A DNA stretch of 64,000 bases from an uncultured delta proteobacterium (lineage in GTDB: Bacteria > Desulfobacterota > Syntrophia > Syntrophales > Smithellaceae). Positions 29,757 to 39,261 of the stretch are shown here, piece after piece. The notes under the pieces are model-generated. The model saw nothing but the letters and a program-made list of their open reading frames with translations, was not told the origin of the DNA and made no database searches. Each line of letters begins with the position of its first letter. The stretch's first letter is position 1. The stretch is taken from contig CAVSCG010000013.1 in NCBI GenBank assembly GCA_963726395.1, forward strand, positions 90,562-154,561, read 5' to 3'. The position numbers and the translations under genes are program-made.

Positions 29757-31024
29757 ATCTTTGACAACTCCTGCCAGAAACCGGGGAAAGATTTGTCCAC
29801 ACATTTTTTGTCGGCGATGGCGATGCCGGGCGTCACCAGAGAGGCGACGGCAAAACTCATGGCGATGCGATGATCGTTATAGGTTTCAATATTGGCCGCA
29901 TGTGCTGTTCCGCCTTCGATAACCAGTCCATCCGGCAGTTCCGAGGCATTGATGCCGATGCGGCTAAGCTCATTCACCATCGCCGCCAGACGATTGCTCT
30001 CCTTGATGCGTAAATGAGCTACGTCGGTGATGACCGTCCGCCCTTTGCGAAAAGCCGCCAGAACACCGACCGTCGGCACCATGTCCGGCATACCGCCAAG
30101 ATCAAACGTCAAGTCCCCCGCAATAAGATCGCATCCGGTCACCTCTACCCAGTTTTTTCCGCTTTCAACTCGGCAACCGAGTTTTTCCAGAATATCCAAC
30201 AGGTGAATGTCTCCCTGGACACTCTGAAGACAGACACCGGTTACGCGAATTTTCTTTTTTAAAAGCGCGGCAGCCAAAAAAAAGTAAGACGCACTGGAGG
30301 CGTCTCCCTCTACATCATAATCACAGCCCTCATACATATGCTGTGTGCCGACGATATATTGATGTTTGCCGGTTCGGATGATATTTGCACCGAAGTCACT
30401 CATGACACGAATGGTCAAATCAATATAAGGCGAGGAAACGATATGACCCTCCAGCGTCAATTCAATGCCCTTGGCCGTATATGGCCCGCACAAAAGCAAC
30501 GCGGAAACATACTGGGAACTTTCAATGTTCGAAAGGGTAATGGAACCGCCTTTCAGACCGTTGGCCAGAATTTCCACCGGCGGGCAATTGTTGCGGCAGA
30601 CTATATCAACACCCATTTCCTGAAGTGCTCCAACCAAGGGGCCGACCGGTCGTTCGCAAAGACGCTTTCCTCCTGTTAAAATGTATTTTCCCCGCCCCAG
30701 ACAGACCAGCGCCGTTAAAAACCTCAGAGCCGTACCATTGTTTCCCAGAAATATTTCATGACATGTATGGGCAATCGCGCCGCCCGTACCGTTAACGACA
30801 AAGCCTTCCGCAACCGGTTCAATGTTTGCGCCCAGCTTTTTGAGCCCCCCTATCAAATATTCAGTATCCTCAGCCATGAGCGCATGCCGGATGAGCGATT
30901 TTCCATCCGCAAGCGAAGCGGTAATCAAGGCTCTTTGTGTTAAGCTTTTCGAACCGGGCACTTCCACCATCGTCACTGTTTCTTTGATCTTGATTTCAGG
31001 ATTCAAGATTTTCCAACCTTTCAC
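29753..31024 (-). CDS. aroA: 3-phosphoshikimate 1-carboxyvinyltransferase (EPSP synthase)
   Basis: 423 aa with VPGSKSLTQRAL and LRIKESNRL motifs. Confidence 0.95.
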   Translation of the reverse strand: MKGWKILNPEIKIKETVTMVEVPGSKSLTQRALITASLADGKSLIRHALMAEDTEYLIGGLKKLGANIEPVAEGFVVNGTGGAIAHTCHEIFLGNNGTALRFLTALVCLGRGKYILTGGKRLCERPVGPLVGALQEMGVDIVCRNNCPPVEILANGLKGGSITLSNIESSQYVSALLLCGPYTAKGIELTLEGHIVSSPYIDLTIRVMSDFGANIIRTGKHQYIVGTQHMYEGCDYDVEGDASSASYFFLAAALLKKKIRVTGVCLQSVQGDIHLLDILEKLGCRVESGKNWVEVTGCDLIAGDLTFDLGGMPDMVPTVGVLAAFRKGRTVITDVAHLRIKESNRLAAMVNELSRIGINASELPDGLVIEGGTAHAANIETYNDHRIAMSFAVASLVTPGIAIADKKCVDKSFPGFWQELSKI

Positions 31025-32564
31025 GGACGGTTTTTTTCATCAATGCCAGCGGCGCTTCTCTTCCCGTCCATAATTTTAACTGCCCTGCGCCCTGGCAAAT
31101 AAACATCTCCAGGCCGGAGACGATCTTGCAGCCTTTTGCCTCGGCATCCCGAAGCAATTTGGTTTTCAAGGGATTATAAATCACATCCACCACAACCTGA
31201 TAATTGGCCGGTATCGCTGCGTCAACCGGTGATTGATGAATCTGCGGATACATGCCGACGGACGTGGTATTGATCAGAGCATCAGCTTGAATTTTGCCGA
31301 TGTCCGCAAGCGGATAAAACGGACAATCAAACCGGATGGCAAGCGCCTTTCCCTTTTCCTGAGTGCGATTAACAATTATCGGTCGGCCGCCTTCTTTTTT
31401 TATGCCATAGGCCGCCGCCCGCGCCGTACCACCCGCACCGATGATGACAAAGGTTTTTCCCGATATGCTGATTTTATTTTTTAACGCCTGCATCAATCCC
31501 AGCCAGTCCGTGTTGTAACCGGTAAGTTTTCCCGCATCATTGACAATCGTATTGACCGCGCCTAATGCGAGTGCATCCGCATCGATCTCGTCAAGATATT
31601 CCATCACTTCTGTTTTAAGCGGGATGGTTACGGACGCGCCGCGGATATTCATCCCCCGGATACCGGCAATCGCCGCGCCCGCATCGCTTACGCAAAAAGC
31701 GCTGTAATGACCCTCCACCTGCATGGCCGCAAGCGCCGTATTGTGCATCAGGGGCGACATGCTGTGACGGACGGGATTTCCCAAAAGGACAAAGGTAAGC
31801 GCATCCGAAATTGCCGGCACGGGCCGGGTTGTATGGGAAGAGCCCTTCATCAGCTGTTCAATCTGCTTCATGACCTGCACCGTCAACTGCCCGGGAGCGG
31901 ATTGTTTGCCGCCCGGTAATACGGCAAACCCCAGATAACTTCCCCACTGCGACGCCATCACGCGGCTGATTTTGCCTTCATCGCCCATGCACATGGCAAT
32001 GATGTCGCGATTCTGCGCTTTGGCATAGGCAATCAGGCTCAGCACTTTTAAGTTGTCGGACATCTTGCGGGCATAAGGAACTATCTTCACAAGATCAGCG
32101 CCGGTTTTCACGCAGGCCAGAAATATTTCTTTTAATTTCGCCAGCGAAGGCGTTTTGGAAGTATCATGCCAGGACACGATGATCCGTGTGAGGCTTTTTT
32201 GTTTGCGGCGAAAAGACTGAAGTTGCGAAATAGCTCTTTCCCCTGCTGCAAGTTCAATATCAATAAAATCAGCTCCCAATACAACCGCCTGTTTGAGCAG
32301 CTCCATCTTGGCTGTTTTGGTCATTTCCATTTTTCGTGCCGCAGGGTCGCCGGCCTCCGGAATAAGCGATTCCTCCTTCCTGCGGCAGGTGACAATTATT
32401 TTAATACGGTTGGATGCACGACGGGCAGCGGCCATCAATTGAGATAAATCACCGTCGGCAATCAAATCCATGCGCAATTCGATTGCATCAGCCGCCGGAG
32501 CGCATCTTTCAATCGCCTGGAGCGCCTCCTGATGGGTCGCTTCTGTAATGGATACACAAATCAT
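30996..32564 (-). CDS. bifunctional type-I 3-dehydroquinate dehydratase / shikimate 5-dehydrogenase (AroD-AroE fusion)
   Basis: 522 aa. The N-terminal about 240 aa are AroD-like (ICVSI...AIELRMDLI...KIV). The C-terminal half is AroE-like (LLGNPVRHSMSPLMHN, GAGGTARA). Confidence 0.9.
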   Translation of the reverse strand: MICVSITEATHQEALQAIERCAPAADAIELRMDLIADGDLSQLMAAARRASNRIKIIVTCRRKEESLIPEAGDPAARKMEMTKTAKMELLKQAVVLGADFIDIELAAGERAISQLQSFRRKQKSLTRIIVSWHDTSKTPSLAKLKEIFLACVKTGADLVKIVPYARKMSDNLKVLSLIAYAKAQNRDIIAMCMGDEGKISRVMASQWGSYLGFAVLPGGKQSAPGQLTVQVMKQIEQLMKGSSHTTRPVPAISDALTFVLLGNPVRHSMSPLMHNTALAAMQVEGHYSAFCVSDAGAAIAGIRGMNIRGASVTIPLKTEVMEYLDEIDADALALGAVNTIVNDAGKLTGYNTDWLGLMQALKNKISISGKTFVIIGAGGTARAAAYGIKKEGGRPIIVNRTQEKGKALAIRFDCPFYPLADIGKIQADALINTTSVGMYPQIHQSPVDAAIPANYQVVVDVIYNPLKTKLLRDAEAKGCKIVSGLEMFICQGAGQLKLWTGREAPLALMKKTVRERLENLES

Positions 32565-33640
32565 AGTCCGTCCTTGGCCTGGGGATACGATCCCAATATT
32601 TTCAAATGAATCGTTTTATCTTTTAATTCATTCAGGCAGCTTTTAACGGCTTTGTCACGCATGTGACCGATCATATCCACGAAGAAAAGATACTCCCACA
32701 TTCTTTCTTTCACTGGGTGCGATTCAATCTTCGCCAGATTGATCTTTCGTTTGGCAAAGGAAGCCAGCGCACGATGCAGCGCTCCCGGAAAATCCGGTGT
32801 AGCGAAAATAATCGATGTTTTATCATGATCCGTGGGTGTCCCGTCACCCCGGCCGATCACCAGAAACCGCGTGGTGTTTGAGGAATTGTCTTCAATGCCT
32901 TCCGCCAGCATATTCAGGCCGTAAGTGGATGCGGCAAGCGCGCTGCCGATGGCCGCGGCCGATTTTTTCCCACGCACCATCTGTACGGCCGCCGCCGTGC
33001 TTTCCATTTCGCCCAACACGGCATTAGGCAGATGGGCGCGAAGCCAGGCCTGGCACTGCGCCAGACCTTGCGGATGCGAATAAACATTTTTGATGCCATT
33101 CATGCTTTTGGCAGATGATATCAGGCACTGACTGATGCGCAGATACATTTCCGCCTGAATTTTCAAGGGCGTTAAAACCAGCCGGTCCAGTGTCACATTC
33201 ACCGACCCTTCCAGTGAATTTTCCACGGGCACAACACCCCATTCCACGGCGCCTTTTTCCACTTCATCGAAGACACGCGCAATGCCCTGCTGTGGCCAGA
33301 AACGGCTGGACGTACCGAAATGCAGTCGCGCCGCCTGATGGGAAAAGGAGGCTTCCGGCCCCAGGTACGCAATGTTCATGGGCTTTTGCAGATCGCGTGA
33401 CGCGGAAAGGATCTCCCGAAAAATCGACGTCACCTGACGGTCCGACAGAGGCCCGTCATTGAGTTCCTGTAAATAGTGAAGCACTCTCGCTTCCTGCGCC
33501 GGATTATAAACCTCAAGGCCGGTCTGGCCTTTCACCTGGCCGATCCGGACGGATATTTGCGAGCGTTCATTGAGCAGCCGGATAATTTCCCGATCCTTTT
33601 TTCTCATATCTTCTCTTAGTTCATCCAGCGACAGCTTCAT
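32561..33640 (-). CDS. pheA: chorismate mutase / prephenate dehydratase (P-protein)
   Basis: 359 aa: N-terminal CM helix bundle, PDT domain, and C-terminal ACT domain (FPGALHRALASFAKRKINLAKIESHP). Confidence 0.9.
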   Translation of the reverse strand: MKLSLDELREDMRKKDREIIRLLNERSQISVRIGQVKGQTGLEVYNPAQEARVLHYLQELNDGPLSDRQVTSIFREILSASRDLQKPMNIAYLGPEASFSHQAARLHFGTSSRFWPQQGIARVFDEVEKGAVEWGVVPVENSLEGSVNVTLDRLVLTPLKIQAEMYLRISQCLISSAKSMNGIKNVYSHPQGLAQCQAWLRAHLPNAVLGEMESTAAAVQMVRGKKSAAAIGSALAASTYGLNMLAEGIEDNSSNTTRFLVIGRGDGTPTDHDKTSIIFATPDFPGALHRALASFAKRKINLAKIESHPVKERMWEYLFFVDMIGHMRDKAVKSCLNELKDKTIHLKILGSYPQAKDGL

Positions 33641-34732
33641 GCTTTCATCTCCTCCAATACATCGCCAATCAGTTGTTCACTGATGCTGCCGTTGACAAAG
33701 GGCATGCCTATTTTTTTAATCAGGACGAAATGGATCACACCATCCTTTTTCTTCTTATCCATCTTGAGACGGCCGATGACGGCTTTCGGATCAAAGGAGG
33801 CCAAAATCCTGGTCGGGAGTCCCGCTTGAGCAATGACGTGTTCCACCCGGATCAATTCATCTTCCGACAAGATATTGCATTTTCACCGACAGCTTGGCGG
33901 CGGCAACCATGCCCAGCGCCACGCCTTCGCCATGCGACAGCGCATAGTCAGATACGGTCTCGAGGGCGTGCCCTAGGGTATGGCCGAAATTCAGAATCCT
34001 GCGGAGCCCTTGTTCCCGTTCATCGATTTCCACAATGGATTTTTTAATCCGGCAGCAGGTTTCAATCATTTTCACCCAATGAACGGAATCCCTGCTTTTG
34101 ACCGCATCCATATCCTCTTCCAGCAGCTGAAATAATTTTTCATCTTCAATGATGCCGTATTTAATGATTTCGGCCAGACCGTTATTAAACTCTTTGTCCG
34201 GCAACGTATCGAGAAAATTCAAATCCACAAACACCGCACGCGGCTGGTAAAATGTCCCCAGCAGGTTCTTTCCCTGAGGCAGATCCACGGCCGTTTTTCC
34301 GCCAATCGCGCTGTCCACCTGACCGACAAGGGTGGTCGGAATCTGAATATAAGGAACCGAGCGCATATAAACCGATGCGATAAAGCCCGTCAGGTCGCCC
34401 ACTACTCCGCCGCCCAATGCGACAAGAAGCGTTCCCCGATCGGCGCCTTCGGCCAAAAGCCTTCCGGTTATATCCATGACTGTTGACATATTTTTGGAGG
34501 ACTCGCCTGCAGGAATTTCCATAACCGACGCCTTCAAACCCGCTTGAGTCATGGCGGCAAGTAGGGTCTGCCCATAGAGCCTGTTCACATTGCTGTCGGT
34601 CACTATCACATAGCGCGAGGCCTTGTGGTTTTTGGCAATGAGCAGAATCACCCGGTCCATAATGTTTTGACCGATGCGGATTTCATGAGACGACAATATT
34701 TTTTTATCAAGATTGACTTTCAATGTTCTCAT
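33637..34732 (-). pseudogene. aroB: 3-dehydroquinate synthase, C-terminus displaced by one frameshift
   Basis: A 291-aa fragment (GGGVVGDLTGFIAS, LNFGHTLGHALE) ends ...AAKLSVKM. It continues in another frame as (N)ILSEDELIRVEHVIAQAGLP... (33637..33870). The shift lies at about 33870-33880. Confidence 0.9.
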
Positions 34733-34747
34733 ATTTGCTCCATGGCT

Positions 34748-35759
34748 TTACTTGCGCATCGCTTTGGCGAGCGCCCGCACATCATCCATCAGTTGATAGA
34801 ATTTTTCAGGTTTCAGAGACTGCGCGCCGTCGGAAACCGCTTTCTCCGGTTCGGGATGCACCTCCACAATGATGCCGTCCGCGCCGACGGCTACAGCTGC
34901 GCGCGCCAGCGGAATAACATACTTCCAGTTACCGGCGGCATGGCTGGGATCGACCACGACCGGCAGATGGGTCAAGCTTTTCAGCACCGGCACGGCGCTG
35001 ATGTCCAACGTGTTGCGGGTGGCCGTTTCAAAGGTGCGGATGCCCCGTTCACACAAAATGACATGGGGATTGCCCGACGACAGAATGTATTCCGCCGACA
35101 TGAGCAGTTCTTCGATCGTGGTCATCATCCCGCGCTTGAGCAGCACCGGTTTGCGGGCATGGCCGACTTTCTTGAGCAGGGCGAAGTTCTGGACATTGCG
35201 CGCGCCGATTTGCAGCATGTCGGCATAGGATTCCACCAGATCAACGTCCGCGGGATTGACCACTTCGGTCACCGTCGGCAGACCTGTTTTTTTGCTGACG
35301 GAATCCAGCACTTTCAGGCCTTCTTCCTCCATTCCCTGGAAGCTGTAAGGCGAGGTGCGCGGTTTGAAGGCCCCGCCTCTTAAAATCTGTCCGCCGCCTT
35401 TTTTGACAATATAGGCGCTCTCCAGCAACTGCTCTTCGCTTTCAATGGCACAGGGCCCGGCCATCACGACAAACTCAGGGCCGCCGATGGCAATGGATCC
35501 GACGTTAATCACCGTATCGCCTTCGTGTGATTCGCGACTGGCCAGTTTGTAGGGTTTCAGAATCGGCATGGTTTTTTCCACACCCGGCAGCGATTCCGCG
35601 TATTTCAGCACGGCTTTATCGCGATTGTCACCGACCGCTCCGATAATGGTGCGCGCAACACCGCTGGAAGGATGCGCCTTGTAGCCGACCGATTCGATCC
35701 ATTGAAATCACATCCTCAATCTGTTTTTCTGTTGCCTGACTTTTCATGACAATAATCAT
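34748..35759 (-). pseudogene. 3-deoxy-7-phosphoheptulonate (DAHP) synthase, type I-beta with N-terminal ferredoxin-like regulatory domain, one frameshift
   Basis: MIIVMKSQATEKQIEDVIS then a frame change (extra A in TCAATGG at about 35702) to WIESVGYKAHPSSGVARTIIGAVGDNRDKAVLKYAESLPG... The catalytic core contains GPCAIESEEQ and KPRTSPYSFQG. Confidence 0.9.
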
Positions 35760-35775
35760 AAATACCCCCTTCAAT

Positions 35776-35875
35776 GAAAAAAGGCCATGGCTTTTGCCGC
35801 CACGGCCTTTTAAAACAGAAAAGCCATGGGCAGCTGACTTTCGATCCACCCATGGCTGTTTTGGTTTTTGTTACT
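35776..35875 (-). promoter_or_regulatory. candidate transcription attenuator: two terminator-like hairpins with an alternative antiterminator pairing
   Basis: Minus-strand RNA segments: seg1 AGCCAUGGG (35849-35857); seg2 CCCAUGGCU (35822-35830) followed by UUUUCUGUUUU; seg3 AAAAGGCCGUGG (35800-35811); seg4 CCAUGGCCUUUU (35779-35790) followed by U6. The 2:3 pairing (11 bp including 2 G.U) excludes both the 1:2 and 3:4 hairpins. Confidence 0.65.
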
Positions 35876-35971
35876 TTACCAAGTCCTCCTCAGCGACAGG
35901 CAGACCGACGCATAATAGTAATAAAACCAGAAGCCAAAAATATTGTTGTTTGCGTTGATATGTCTGTTCAT
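35876..35971 (-). CDS. candidate leader peptide rich in aromatic codons (MNRHINANNNIFGFWFYYYYASVCLSLRRTW)
   Basis: A 31-codon ORF below the track's length cutoff. It has 3 Phe, 1 Trp and 4 Tyr within codons 12-20. It sits between the promoter and the attenuator hairpins, upstream of the shikimate/Phe/Tyr operon. Confidence 0.65.
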   Translation of the reverse strand: MNRHINANNNIFGFWFYYYYASVCLSLRRTW

Positions 35972-36001
35972 TGGAAAAACCTGTCCTTTTAGTTGTGGTG
36001 C

Positions 36002-36030
36002 TATATAAACGAGAGACTCCTGCTTGTCAA
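36002..36030 (-). promoter_or_regulatory. sigma70-like promoter of the aromatic amino-acid operon
   Basis: The minus strand reads TTGACA (36030-36025), 17 nt, TATATA (36007-36002). Confidence 0.55.
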
Positions 36031-36085
36031 GAAAATTATTTTTATTGCCCCTTGCCGAAAATACACCAACAAAGCTGTTATTTGC

Positions 36086-39000
36086 TTAAGCCTTTTTCAA
36101 ACCGCGGCTTCGCCAGATCATATAAATGGCCGGATAAATAATCAGCTCTAAAATCGTAGATGTGATAACGCCTCCGATCATGGGCGCGGCGATTCGCTTC
36201 ATCACATCCGCACCCGCGCCGTCGCTGAACATGATCGGAATTAAGCCGGCCAGAATGACGCACACCGTCATCATCTTGGGGCGGATGCGTTTGACCGCGC
36301 CGATACATGACGGCATCTTCAGATCACTTCTTTGTTTTCAAGAAGCCCTTCTTTCTTCCATTTCTCATAAGCCAGATCCAGATACAAAAGCATGACGACG
36401 CCTGTTTCGGCATCCAGGCCGGCAAGCGCGATGATGCCCACCCACACGGCAATGCTCATGTTGTAATTCAGAAGGTAGAGAAGCCAGAAAGAACCGACCA
36501 GCGAGAACGGCACAGCCAGCAAAACAATGGCGGTCTTGGTCACCGAGTGCGTATTGAGAAACAGAATCAGAAAATGATACAGCAGCGTAAAGGGAATAAT
36601 CAGCTTCAGACGCTCGTGCGTCTTCAGAATATACTCGTATTCCCCGCTCCAGACCAGGCGGTAGCCTTCCGGCATTTTGAGCGTTGCCGCTTTTTTGCGG
36701 GCCTCTTCCACATAACCTCCGACATCGCGATCGCGTGATATCAATATACACATAGGAGGTCATAAGGCCTTCTTCGCTTTTAATCGCCGTCGGTCCGCGG
36801 ACGACGCGAAAATCAGCCAGTTCGCCCAACGGAACCTGTAAAATGCCGTTGGCTGCGGTCATCGAGGACGGAGGACGCCTGACTGACGCTGGCGGCTGTC
36901 ATCACCGGCACAAGAATGCGTTTGAGTTTATCCACGTCATTGCGCAGTTCCCGCGGGTAGCGGATATTCACGGGATAGCGCGCCCGGCCTTCCACCGTGG
37001 TGGTGAGATTCATGCCGCCGATAGCGGTTTGAATGACTTCATTGACATCATCCACCGCCAGACCATATCGGGCAATGCCTTCTCTTTTAATGACAATATC
37101 CAGAAAATAGCCGGTCGCTACCCTTTCCGCATAAACACTGCGCGTGCCGGGAATCATCCCGCAAATGATGCTCCAGAGTCCATGCCGATTTTTTCAATTA
37201 CTTCCAGATTCGGCCCCAGGATTTTAATGCCCACCGGCGTACGGATACCCGTGGCCAGCATGTCAATGCGCGCCTTGATCGGCATGGTAAAGGAATTGGC
37301 TACACCGGGAATATTGAGCGCATCATTCATTTCATCTTTGATTTTTTCCGCCGTCATGCCTTTGCGCCACTGATCTTCCGGCTTCAGATTGATGACGGTT
37401 TCAAACATTTCCAGCGGCGCCGGATCGGTGGCCGTTTCCGCCCGGCCGGCCTTACCGAAGACCTGGGCAACTTCCGGAATTTTCATCAGGATTTCATCCT
37501 GCATTTTCAGTAGTCTGCGCCGCTTCTGATAGCGGAAGCTCCCGGCATGGTCACGGGCATATAGAATAGCGATCCTTCATAAAGAGGCGGCATAAATTCC
37601 GATCCCAGTTTCATAAAGGGATAAGCGGTCAGAGCCATAATGATGATGGCAATAACAATAACCGTTTTGCGGAAACGGATGGCCAGGTGGGCCACCGGTT
37701 CATAAATTTTATGCAGAAAACGGCTCACGGGATTTTTTTCTTCCGGCCGTATTTTCCCCCGGATGAACAACGTCATCAGCACTGGTGTCAGCGTAATCGC
37801 CAGAAATGAGGAAAAGAGCATGGCAAATGTTTTGGTATAGGCCAGCGGTTTGAACAGACGTCCCGCCTGCGCCTGCAGCGTAAAGACGGGCAGAAAGCCA
37901 CAGTGATCACCAGCAGGGCAAAGAAAAGAGACGGCCCTACTTCCTGGGCGGCGGCAATGATGACATCCGTTCTGTTACCGGGGCTTCCCTGCTGCTCCCA
38001 TTCTTCGAGCTTTTTATGGGCGTTTTCCACCATAATGATGGAGGCATCCACCATCGCTGCCGATGGCGATGGCAATGCCGCTCAAGACTCATGATATTGG
38101 ATGTCACGCCCAGATAATACATGCAGATAAAAGAAATGATGATGGCAATGGGCAGCGTCACAATCACCACCAATGCGCATGGCAGATGAAATAGAAAGAT
38201 CAGGCAGACAACACTCACGGCAATAGCCAGTTTAATAATTTCATCTTTGAGTGTGGCGATGGATGCGATGAATCAGGTCGGAGCGGTCATACGTCGTGAC
38301 AATTTTCACGCCTTTGGGCAGACTGGGCGCAATATCATTTTTGATTTTATCTTTGACCCGCTCAATGACATTGAGAACGTTTTCGCCGAAACGGACAACA
38401 CAATCCCTCCGGCCACTTCTCCTTTGCCGTCCAGTTCCGCCAGTCCCCGGCGAATTTCCGGCCCGAGCTGCACACGGGCGACATCTTTCAAATAGATGGG
38501 CGTGCCCGCCGCACTGGCCCCCACGGCGATATCTTCCAGATCCTTTACATTCTTGATGATAGCCACGACCCCGCACCATGTATTCCGCGCCGGAAAATTC
38601 CAGCACCCGTCCTTCCACATCCCGGTTGCTTTTGCGCACGGCTTCCATGACTTTAGCGATCGGGCAGATTATAAGCAGACAGGCGATTGGGATCGACAGT
38701 GATCTGATACTGATTGACGAAGCCGCCGATGCTCGCCACCTGAGACACACCGGCAACGCTTTCCAGCGCCAGCTTGACGTTATAGTCCTGAAGTGAACGA
38801 AGTTGCGCCAGATCGAGCCCGCCTGATTCATCCACAACGGCATAGGAAAATCCCCAGCCAAGGCTGGTGGCATCCGGGCCTAAAACCGGATTGACATCGG
38901 TGGGGATTTTATTTTTGACGGCCTGAAGGTATTCCAATATGCGGCTTCTGGCCCAGTAGATATCGGTCCCTTCTTCAAAAATGACATAGATGAAGGAACT

Positions 39001-39256
39001 GCCTAAAAAGGAAAATCCGCGCACCGCCTGGACTTTCGGCGCGGCAAGCAGAGTGGAGGTGATGGGATAGGTGATCTGATCTTCCACCAGGTCGGGGCTG
39101 CGACCCGGCCATTCGGTATAAATGATAACCTGTGTATCGCTTAAATCGGGAAGGGCATCAAGCGGCGTATTTTTGAGCGTCCACAATCCCCAGACCACGG
39201 CAAAAAACAAAACAGGAAAACAATAAATTTATTGCGGGCGCTGATTCAATGATTTT
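36086..39256 (-). pseudogene. cusA: CusA/CzcA-family heavy-metal efflux RND permease, fragmented by at least 13 frame changes
   Basis: About 11 ORF fragments tile a complete CusA-like sequence, from MIGKIIE..SARNKFIV..FFAVVWGLWTLKNTPLDALPDLSD at the N-terminus to ...[47 protein letters not shown] at the C-terminus. The ATG at 39256 forms an ATGA overlap with the cusB stop. Confidence 0.9.
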
Positions 39257-39261
39257 CCCAA

